From contig JAVRBO020000103.1 of the NCBI GenBank assembly GCA_034531195.2, positions 16,744-80,743 of the forward strand: a DNA stretch of 64,000 nucleotides. Direction: 5' to 3'. The notes under the pieces were generated by a model, which saw nothing but the letters and a program-made list of their open reading frames with translations, ran no database searches and was not told the origin of the DNA. Source of the stretch: Nostoc sp. ChiSLP01. GTDB lineage: Bacteria; Cyanobacteriota; Cyanobacteriia; Cyanobacteriales; Nostocaceae. Positions 57,397 to 64,000 of this stretch are shown piece after piece (the stretch's first letter is position 1; each line of letters begins with the position of its first letter). The translations under genes were made by a program, and so were the position numbers.

Positions 57397-57652
57397 AATA
57401 ACATTACCGCAATCGAGGCATTGTTAATTATATTAATTTGCTATATTCAAGTTAAAAATGAGGTTTTGCTGAAAAAATACTTAAATTTACCTTTGATTTC
57501 TAGCCACCATTGTTACCTGAAAAAATGCTGAGAATTGACTAAATTTTCTTCAGTTAGAAATTCATGAAACTACTGTCTTAGTTTCAGTTATGCTTCAGTC
57601 CCAACTGCGATGCTTTGGTTGTTCGGGATAGATGAGACTTCAGGAGTAACAA

Positions 57653-58009
57653 ATGAAACTTGCACCACTACTCACTAGTGTAGCTTTGGTTGGTTTTTTC
57701 ACAGTTTGGGATGCGCCACTCAAGGCGATTAATCCTTCATTAGTTCAAGCATCAGCGGCGGAAGAATTCTCTGTCTCACAAAAACTAGACTTGCTTACTA
57801 AGAGTAAAGGTCAAATTGGTAGTGGCGACCAACTGCGTCGTTTTTTCTTTGGTGACTTGGAGCCAATTGGTATCCAAGCAGGTGGAGCAGGTCATGTAGT
57901 TAATCTTTATAACAAAGCTAATGATGTTACATTTTCTTACTGTTCAACTTATGATGTAATTGTTGCCATTAAAAAGGTAAAGTGGCAAAGTTCGATCCCA
58001 ATGAAGTGA
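57653..58009 (+). CDS. small secreted hypothetical protein
   Basis: It has the signal peptide MKLAPLLTSVALVGFFTVWDAPLKA and GGAG upstream. I recognise no family. Confidence 0.5.
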   Translation: MKLAPLLTSVALVGFFTVWDAPLKAINPSLVQASAAEEFSVSQKLDLLTKSKGQIGSGDQLRRFFFGDLEPIGIQAGGAGHVVNLYNKANDVTFSYCSTYDVIVAIKKVKWQSSIPMK

Positions 58010-58059
58010 AGTAAGTTAAGAAGCGATCGCCTGCAAAAATTAAATTATTTATCAACAAG

Positions 58060-58098
58060 ATTCCCGACTTTTCAAAAAAGTCAGGAATCTATGGTTTT
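58060..58098 (+). terminator. candidate terminator after the 57653..58009 gene
   Basis: The hairpin ATTCCCGACTTTT / AAAAGTCAGGAAT has one mismatch. It is followed by CTATGGTTTT. Confidence 0.5.
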
Positions 58099-58103
58099 CA
58101 ATT

Positions 58104-58253
58104 CTAGATTTAGGATTGTTATACTTGGATGCTAATAACATTGCTATTACCAAACGCATAGTCAACGCTCATAATGGCGAGCTATTAATCTCTTCTGAAC
58201 TATTAACAGGAACTACTGTGACTGTTGAGTTACCTATAGTTAATATTCAGTAG
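58104..58253 (+). pseudogene. C-terminal remnant of a histidine kinase HATPase_c domain
   Basis: The frame reads ..LDLGLLYLDANNIAITKRIVNAHNGELLISSELLTGTTVTVELPIVNIQ*. This corresponds to the G2-box/C-terminal strand pattern GLGLAI.KRIV.AHGG.I...S....GTT....LP. There is no upstream kinase sequence or start codon. Confidence 0.5.
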
Positions 58254-58285
58254 TGGACTGACACAGCTAAAATAGTGCATTAGGA

Positions 58286-58358
58286 GTAGGTTGGGTTGAG
58301 GAACGAAACCCAACATTGATCCGGGTGTTGGGTAACGCATTGCCTCAACCCAACTTAC
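58286..58358. repeat. nested hairpin repeat GTAGGTTGGGTTGAGG...CCTCAACCCAACTTAC
   Basis: A 16-nt outer stem has one mismatch. Inner GTTGGGT/ACCCAAC stems are also present. It sits next to the kinase remnant. Confidence 0.8.
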
Positions 58359-58478
58359 AATTTTTGCATCAATTTAGGCTGGTCGCGCCATTACAATAAG
58401 AACAAAAGAAAAACAAGGAAGACAAGAAAGTAATTTGCTCTCTATCTTCCTTGTCTTTCTTCACCTGCTTAAACTCAA

Positions 58479-58871
58479 TCAATCGCTAACTAACACAATT
58501 CTCGGTAAAGATAGGGCTTGATTTTCACCCAAGTCACCAGCATTAATTTTATCTGCTCCTATTTGTTGCAATGTCTTCAACAATGGTACGCTTTGACTCA
58601 ATAGCTCATCTATATCAATACCACCGTAACTAGATGGGTAATGCCGCAGGCGATTGCTGCCTTCTCCCAGCAGAATTACCGCACCTCGCCAGTTACGATT
58701 TTCTAGATGATACAGTGCTACAGCAATTTGCAGAATGCCTTGATAAAAGCTTTTTTCTGGTTCGCTGGCTTCAATCCATAGAGCCTCTAAAGTGTCATGG
58801 CAGGCGTAAAACTGACCAGAATTGAATTGTTCTATGCCTTGCCAAAACTCTTGGGGCATGGTTTCGCTCAT
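58479..58871 (-). CDS. DUF309 domain-containing protein
   Basis: It reads FNSGQFYACHDTLEALWIEASEPEKSFYQGILQIAVALYHLENRNWRGA. Its start overlaps the ftrC stop by 4 nt (ATGA). Confidence 0.75.
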   Translation of the reverse strand: MSETMPQEFWQGIEQFNSGQFYACHDTLEALWIEASEPEKSFYQGILQIAVALYHLENRNWRGAVILLGEGSNRLRHYPSSYGGIDIDELLSQSVPLLKTLQQIGADKINAGDLGENQALSLPRIVLVSD

Positions 58872-59233
58872 CCCATGCTGTCTCGCACTTCTTTAATTGT
58901 TTCCAAAGAAATTTCTTGTTTGTCTCCAGCAAACTCATTTTCAGGGGTGAGGAATAACATACAGTGACATTCTTTGCGTTCTCTCATTGGTACGCAGGGA
59001 CAGTTCCAATATGTGGCGTGAACCTCAGCTTCTTTATCTTCGTAATGGCGACAGGGACATAAAGGCGAACCGAGTTCGTCTTTATGTTTGGCTAGTCCTT
59101 CAATCACCACTGCGGTAACAGAAGGCTCAGAACAGAAGTATGTTCCAGTACGCTTGGCGTATTGTTCAGAAAAATGCCGCATTGCCTCAAGGCTTTTATC
59201 GCTGGATTTTGTGTTAACTTCTGATGATATCAT
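58868..59233 (-). CDS. ftrC: ferredoxin-thioredoxin reductase, catalytic subunit
   Basis: It has the CPC...CPC...CHC cluster/disulfide motif (SPLCPCRHY...WNCPCVPMRERKECHCMLF). Confidence 0.92.
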   Translation of the reverse strand: MISSEVNTKSSDKSLEAMRHFSEQYAKRTGTYFCSEPSVTAVVIEGLAKHKDELGSPLCPCRHYEDKEAEVHATYWNCPCVPMRERKECHCMLFLTPENEFAGDKQEISLETIKEVRDSMG

Positions 59234-59487
59234 GTGGATCGGGCACTCATAATTTAAATATTTCTTTGCATTGTACCTCAGCCGCAGTAGGGGATTACTG
59301 GGTGTATTTCCCCAACCTTAGCCGCTGAGATTGTTTTACCTTTGCTAAAGGCTGATATATCTGGTGTGTTGCGATCGCAGAAAATCGCACAGAATCTAAG
59401 AAATCACAGAAGCCTAACTTCTAAGCTTATCAAAATACTGCGTTGCATCTTCAAGCAGAACTAAAAGTTTTTTTACGAAAGTGTTGA

Positions 59488-60651
59488 TTAATATGAACCT
59501 AATGTTTTTTGCAGTTGGGGTTGTAGTGGGCGATCGCTTTGCAAAATTATACCAGGATGCTCCCAATTGATAACTTCTGGTTCTGGTGGCGAGGAGATAT
59601 TTTGCCACAAAACCCAACGACTACCTTGAGGCAGAGTAGTAAGGCTGTGGGAGTTCTGAGTCAGCCAAATCAAAGGATGACTTTTGGGAACTACTGTACT
59701 GGCATCTTCTAGGGTAGTGGTTGCTGCTAGAGTTTCTAAAACAAAACGCTCACCTTTGATTAAACCTGTGGATGCTGTCCACAGTTGCACCTGTAGTTGC
59801 TGCTTTTGTGCATAAAAATACAATGAAGCTGCGGCGATTACTGCTTGCTCAAAGTTTTCTTCTTGCCAATTGCTAGCGCTATCAAGGGCAATAACTATCT
59901 CTTGTCCGCCAGTAACCATTTCTAACTCTCGTACCCGCAATTCTCCGTAACGGGCGCTAGTCCGCCAGTGAATCAGACGGGTGGGATCTCCGACGCGGTA
60001 AGGACGTAGCGATCGCACTAATCCTGTTGTTGCTGTCTGCAAAGGTTTACCGCGGGAATCGCTTCTTTTGCTTTCTTCTTGCCCCATTTCATCCACTAGG
60101 GGACAGGTAGCCAAGGGTAATACTGTCGGATAAACAATCGCTATTGCAGCACAATCACGCTGACGACGACACCAAAACAACCCCAAAGGCGCACCAGAAC
60201 CGAGTTCGACTGTGTGCCAGCGATAGACGCCCCGGCGCTCGGTAGGGTGATAATACACCCAACGGTAACTGCCTTGACTAGGAATTGTCTCGATCGCCTT
60301 TTGTACTGGTTTACCCAAGACGAAAGGCAGCGTATCCTCGACTTGCAACAAGCTGACAGCGTGCTGTGTCTGATTGCAGATTTCTAATTCTACCCTCAAC
60401 TCATCACCTGCTGACACAGGCGCAATGGGACGGCGGGTGATGGATAGATTTGTGAGCGATCGTGGCGGTAAGATGGCCGCTACTGCCAAAAGGGCAAAAC
60501 TGATGCCGCTAATGGCATACAGCCAACCAGCCATCGTATTGATACCTGCGCCAAAAAAACAAATAGCCGTAGCCGCTAGCACCCAACCGCCGTATGCAGG
60601 GGCACTGGCGCGGGTTTCTAAAAAGTTGGTGATGGGTTTGATGATTTTCAT
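59488..60651 (-). CDS. DUF58 domain-containing protein
   Basis: I take the start at MKIIKPITNFLE (60651). It has two N-terminal TM helices and the DUF58 pattern LRPYRVGDPTRLIHWRTSARYGELRVRELE. Confidence 0.7.
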   Translation of the reverse strand: MKIIKPITNFLETRASAPAYGGWVLAATAICFFGAGINTMAGWLYAISGISFALLAVAAILPPRSLTNLSITRRPIAPVSAGDELRVELEICNQTQHAVSLLQVEDTLPFVLGKPVQKAIETIPSQGSYRWVYYHPTERRGVYRWHTVELGSGAPLGLFWCRRQRDCAAIAIVYPTVLPLATCPLVDEMGQEESKRSDSRGKPLQTATTGLVRSLRPYRVGDPTRLIHWRTSARYGELRVRELEMVTGGQEIVIALDSASNWQEENFEQAVIAAASLYFYAQKQQLQVQLWTASTGLIKGERFVLETLAATTTLEDASTVVPKSHPLIWLTQNSHSLTTLPQGSRWVLWQNISSPPEPEVINWEHPGIILQSDRPLQPQLQKTLGSY

Positions 60652-60708
60652 AGTTTCTTTTTTAACCCAACACCACCCGAAATTCACAGTCTTTTAGGGT
60701 TTGGCTAT

Positions 60709-60732
60709 GTCTACGATGGGCTACGCCTACAC
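60709..60732 (+). repeat. 24-nt dispersed motif, copy 4
   Basis: The sequence GTCTACGATGGGCTACGCCTACAC lies 98 nt upstream of the DUF433 start. Confidence 0.85.
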
Positions 60733-60830
60733 CCAGATTTTTCAAAGCTGTAAGACTGAGAACAAAGTTAGATTATAAATAAACGAAATAGACGTGGAAG
60801 ATTTATTGATTTAGTTAGAGTAGAAAAAAC

Positions 60831-61124
60831 ATGGTAGCAATAGTTAATATTGGAACCTTAATTGTGACGACACCTCAAGTTGCTGGAGGTCGTCCTTGCA
60901 TTGCTGGTACGCGCATCACTGTTCAAAATATTGTGATGGATTCTCAAGCAGGCTTATCTCCTCAAGATATTGTGACAGAGTATCCACACTTATCCCTAGC
61001 CCAAGTTCATGCTGCGCTTGCCTATTACTATGCTAATCAGGAGGCAATGGATAGAGAAATTGCTTTATATCAAGCAGAATGTAATGCTCTGGAAACAAAG
61101 TGGATGTCAGGTAATTGTGCATGA
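60831..61124 (+). CDS. DUF433 domain-containing protein (antitoxin-like HTH)
   Basis: It reads VAGGRPCIAGTRITVQNIVMD...AALAYYYANQEAMDREI. Its stop overlaps the next start (ATGA at 61121-61124). Confidence 0.8.
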   Translation: MVAIVNIGTLIVTTPQVAGGRPCIAGTRITVQNIVMDSQAGLSPQDIVTEYPHLSLAQVHAALAYYYANQEAMDREIALYQAECNALETKWMSGNCA

Positions 61125-61498
61125 GCCAAATTCGCTTTTATTTAGATGAAGATGCTGGCAAGAAATCTTTAGTTAATGGCTTACGCAACGCTAGGATTGA
61201 TGTAATGACAACGGCTGAGGCAGATAGATTAGCATCATCTGATGATAGCCAATTAATCTGGGCAATGGAACAGAAGCGCGTTATTTATAGTTTCAATGTT
61301 GGTGATTTTTGTCGATTGCATAAAGCTTATCTCGAACAACAACAAAAGCATTGGGGTATTGTACTTGCTGCCAAGCAGAGCTATTCAATTGGAGAACAAT
61401 TGCGAGGATTGTTGAAATTAGTAGAAAGTATGGAAGCCGAGGATATGGCGAATCAATTAGTTTTTTTGAGAAAATATATTGAAACTGAAACTTTTTAG
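61121..61498 (+). CDS. DUF5615-family PIN-like protein (toxin-like partner of DUF433)
   Basis: It reads MSQIRFYLDEDAGKKSLVNGLRNARIDVMTTAEA...SDDSQLIWAMEQKRVIYSFNVGDF. It is translationally coupled to DUF433. Confidence 0.7.
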   Translation: MSQIRFYLDEDAGKKSLVNGLRNARIDVMTTAEADRLASSDDSQLIWAMEQKRVIYSFNVGDFCRLHKAYLEQQQKHWGIVLAAKQSYSIGEQLRGLLKLVESMEAEDMANQLVFLRKYIETETF

Positions 61499-61551
61499 CC
61501 TGCTAACTTTAAGGCGATCGCTTTTTGTAAAAATCCCCCCCGATTAGCGAT

Positions 61552-61575
61552 GTTTACGACGGGCTACGCCTACGC
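61552..61575 (+). repeat. 24-nt dispersed motif, copy 5
   Basis: The sequence GTTTACGACGGGCTACGCCTACGC lies 53 nt downstream of the DUF5615 stop. Confidence 0.85.
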
Positions 61576-61647
61576 ATTGTAAATTGATGCTGGTAGTTAG
61601 CGATCGCATATCATCAATAGTCATGAAAATTATATATTTGAATACTA

Positions 61648-62235
61648 TCAATTTTTCCGCTGTAACCAAGCAAAAATTTCATCAGCAGTAAGTGTCAAAT
61701 TTATATCTTCTAACACTGGTAATATATCTTGTCCTGCTAACAAATCTGGTAAATTATTAGGCTGATAAACTAAAATACAGCGATCGCTTGGATCGATTAA
61801 CCATCCTAGCTGACTGCCATTTCTCAAACAATGTAAAATATTGCCAGTGACTTTAGTTTGACTTTGAGCAGGGGAAAGAATTTCTATTATCCAAGCAGGT
61901 GCAAAATCAATACCACTGCTAATAATTTCACCGCTTTCATCTAGTGGTAGTTGATTGGTAGAGATAACAGCTACATCAGGAACAACTGAACGATTACCGC
62001 AGGTACAGCGCAATTCCGGAAAAGCTTCGTAGTTACTACCTAACGCATCAATTACTGCAACTAAACGTTTTTGCAATAAGCTGTGTTTACCTCCTGCCAT
62101 TGGTTTTTGAATTGCCTCTCCGTTAATATATTCCCAAGCTGGTGACTCCTCAATATATGGAAGTTTTAAGAAATTTTCTAAAGTCGTGCTTTGTGGAGTT
62201 GTAATTTTTCCTTGCGTCAACTCAATATTTTTCAT
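61648..62235 (-). CDS. Uma2-family putative endonuclease (short form)
   Basis: The 195-aa ORF has the patterns TLENFLKLPYIEESPAWEYINGEAIQKPM, VPDVAVIS, APAWIIEILSPAQS and GSQLGWLIDP. Confidence 0.8.
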   Translation of the reverse strand: MKNIELTQGKITTPQSTTLENFLKLPYIEESPAWEYINGEAIQKPMAGGKHSLLQKRLVAVIDALGSNYEAFPELRCTCGNRSVVPDVAVISTNQLPLDESGEIISSGIDFAPAWIIEILSPAQSQTKVTGNILHCLRNGSQLGWLIDPSDRCILVYQPNNLPDLLAGQDILPVLEDINLTLTADEIFAWLQRKN

Positions 62236-62440
62236 AATTTAGTTACAAGAAAAATCGGCTCGGCTGTTGGAATCAGAGTCTTCTGTTTTTAGTATAGGTT
62301 GAAGCCTTAAGTAGTTTTGAGCGTAGCTTGCCGCTGTAGGCATCCCTCAGATTGTTCAAGCAGTCATTCTGGTGATATATTTCCACATCTCACTATGTAA
62401 GAGGTAGAAAAACTCTATATTATTAAATAATGGAATAGAT

Positions 62441-62779
62441 ATGGAAGATTCACTAATGCAATTAGTCAGTCGAGAGCATATTGCGATCGCTCCTGATGTG
62501 CGGAGTGGAAAACCCTGCATTATCGGTACTCGCATTGCTGTAGAAGATGTGGCGGTGATGCATTTAAAGCTTGGGTATTCTTTGGTAGAGATTGCTGGTA
62601 AATATGACCAGTCACTGGCATCTGTTTATGCAGCGATGGCTTATTACTTCGATCGCCGAAACGAGATCGATAGCCGCACAGCAGAAGAGGATGAGTTAGT
62701 TGAGGTACTGAAGCAAAATTATCCCTCGCGTCTACAAGAGAAACTTAGACAATTCTCTTCATTTTTAATAGAATCCTAA
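62441..62779 (+). CDS. DUF433 domain-containing protein (solo, no intact partner downstream)
   Basis: It reads APDVRSGKPCIIGTRIAVEDVAVMHLKLGYS..EIAGKYDQSLASVYAAMAYYFDRRNEID. An alternative start is at 62456. Confidence 0.7.
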   Translation: MEDSLMQLVSREHIAIAPDVRSGKPCIIGTRIAVEDVAVMHLKLGYSLVEIAGKYDQSLASVYAAMAYYFDRRNEIDSRTAEEDELVEVLKQNYPSRLQEKLRQFSSFLIES

Positions 62780-62928
62780 CAACATCGCGGTCGGCTAATC
62801 TTACATAGCGTTTAGCGCGTTGGTAAAGCAAAGGATGACTCGGTAATCGTGTGGCGGCTATTGCAGTTATCTCAATCGCGCTAATGTTTCAGAAAAATCA
62901 AAATAACTTTTTATTCTTAATCCTGATA

Positions 62929-63438
62929 TCAATTTCTTCGTTTTCGGAAAAACAATAATAAGCATCCTATCAAGAATATACCTAAGCCCGCAAAAAAGTA
63001 CCCCAAGCAGTAACCACACTGGAAGTTTGGTGCAGCCATGAAAATTCCTGCTGCCATCAGAGCGACTCCTACAATTATGAACAGGCTCCCTAATGATGTC
63101 ACAAGGACGTTAGATGAACTATCAGGATTAGCTCTTTCGTATCTAGGCTGTGTCGGCAATGATGAAGTTGATTTGTTTGAGGCAGAATAGGTTTGCTGAG
63201 ATTGAAACTTATCTTGGTGACTTACTTGAGTAAGTTGCTGCTCAAGTTGAGTAAGTTCTTGCTCAATCACAGCAAGTTCCTGCTCAATACTTTTAATTTG
63301 ACGGTCTAGTTTAAATTGATTTCCTGGATCTGTCTCAATCAGTTTAGCTTGACGAAGAGAAGTCAAGCGCTCGTGAACAACCTCCCACTCCTGCTGTTTA
63401 CTGTCATACATTGCTTGCAAACGTCGAACAGATGACAT
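62929..63438 (-). CDS. small protein: N-terminal coiled coil + low-complexity linker + two C-terminal TM helices (paralogue 1)
   Basis: It reads MSSVRRLQAMYDSKQQEWEVVHERLTSLRQAKLIETDPGNQFKLDRQIKSIEQELAVIEQELTQLEQQL. A Ser/Gln-rich linker follows. The TM hairpin is LFIIVGVALMAAGIFMAA / YFFAGLGIFLIGCLLLFF. Confidence 0.65.
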   Translation of the reverse strand: MSSVRRLQAMYDSKQQEWEVVHERLTSLRQAKLIETDPGNQFKLDRQIKSIEQELAVIEQELTQLEQQLTQVSHQDKFQSQQTYSASNKSTSSLPTQPRYERANPDSSSNVLVTSLGSLFIIVGVALMAAGIFMAAPNFQCGYCLGYFFAGLGIFLIGCLLLFFRKRRN

Positions 63439-63477
63439 CAGATTTGCTCCATCAGCTACTTAGCTTACTCTGTATAT

Positions 63478-63981
63478 TTACCAAAGATATATTCCAATCC
63501 CTCCAATAAGCAGTCCTAGCGAACCATATAATGCTGCTGCTGGTACTGCATAGGGGGCAACAATCATAATATAGATTGCAAAACCTATCAAGCCAATTCC
63601 AGTCATAATGAGGAAACCAGCAAGAATCTTGCGTTTGGATGATGTTGTTGGCTTGGAAGTATAAGATGATTGATATGCTCCGAAATCAGAGCTTTCTCGT
63701 CTCTGCTGTTGGGTGAAATAAGTTTGTTTAACTTGTTCAAGCGTAGACTTATCTTTACTATTTCCTAACAGATCGAGTTGATGCTCAATTTGATTAAGTT
63801 CATCTTGAATAACTTTTAACTCTTGCTCAATTACTTTGATTCGACGATCGAGTTTGAATTGGTTTTCAGGATCTGTTTCAATAGTTCTGCTCTGACGGAG
63901 AGAACTCAACCGTTCATGAACTGCTTCCCATTCTTGCTGTTTGCTTTCATATATAACCTGCAAACGTCGCGTAGATGACAT
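63478..63981 (-). CDS. small protein: N-terminal coiled coil + linker + two C-terminal TM helices (paralogue 2)
   Basis: It reads MSSTRRLQVIYESKQQEWEAVHERLSSLRQSRTIETDPENQFKLDRRIKVIEQELKVIQDELNQIEHQL. The TM hairpin is ILAGFLIMTGIGLIGFAIYIMIV / LYGSLGLLIGGIGIYLW. It lies 39 nt upstream of its paralogue. Confidence 0.65.
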   Translation of the reverse strand: MSSTRRLQVIYESKQQEWEAVHERLSSLRQSRTIETDPENQFKLDRRIKVIEQELKVIQDELNQIEHQLDLLGNSKDKSTLEQVKQTYFTQQQRRESSDFGAYQSSYTSKPTTSSKRKILAGFLIMTGIGLIGFAIYIMIVAPYAVPAAALYGSLGLLIGGIGIYLW

Positions 63982-64000
63982 TAATTCTTTCTCCGTCAGC

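Noticed and set aside
59414-59617. A 67-aa ORF overlaps the 3' end of the DUF58 gene. Miscellaneous 60-85-aa ORFs lie in intergenic repeats (9972, 12561, 13270-13651, 14428-14943, 21794, 30060, 33456, 42183, 50471, 52751-53145, 56239, 57209-57531).
   Set aside because: They lie in dispersed-repeat or AT-rich spacer DNA and have no start context or family resemblance.

Overview
This 64-kb window looks like chromosome from a filamentous, Nostocales-type cyanobacterium. The evidence is the many HIP1 sites (GCGATCGC, e.g. 2138-2145 and 30200-30210), STRR-type heptamer/octamer tandem repeats, many hairpin/MITE-like dispersed repeats, and the gene content: a helical carotenoid protein, AcsF, FtrC, a CurT/CAAD protein and an SLH protein. 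I support about 50 intact CDS and four pseudogenes or gene fragments. I recognised no rRNA, tRNA or CRISPR array. Housekeeping genes (prmA, serA, recG, tsf, rpsB, acsF, ftrC, acyP, a cytochrome P450, two GH13 enzymes and one GH65 enzyme) are interleaved with accessory material. The accessory material includes five Uma2-family (PD-(D/E)xK) paralogues, three of them with variable QRAEQE heptad tails. It also includes a DUF433/DUF5615 toxin-antitoxin-like pair, decayed histidine-kinase, AraC and cupin genes, and two extremely charged repeat proteins. The best candidate for an undescribed system is at 26.9-33.4 kb. It holds a LuxR-like-HTH / NB-ARC / TPR STAND (NLR-like) gene with a tightly linked unknown 168-179-aa gene. 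A diverged paralogue there has lost exactly the P-loop NTPase core but keeps an intact frame. Each paralogue has an upstream 21-bp tandem array (13 and 11 units), which I interpret as possible iteron-like sites. The second candidate is a histidine decarboxylase convergent with an APC-transporter-like / PAS / GGDEF / EAL fusion (15.3-19.9 kb). The third is a methyltransferase-HIT fusion with a non-canonical H-x-S-x-H triad lying between Uma2 genes. The fourth is two tandem coiled-coil + 2-TM small proteins at the right edge. All family assignments come from motif recognition by eye, because no searches could be run.
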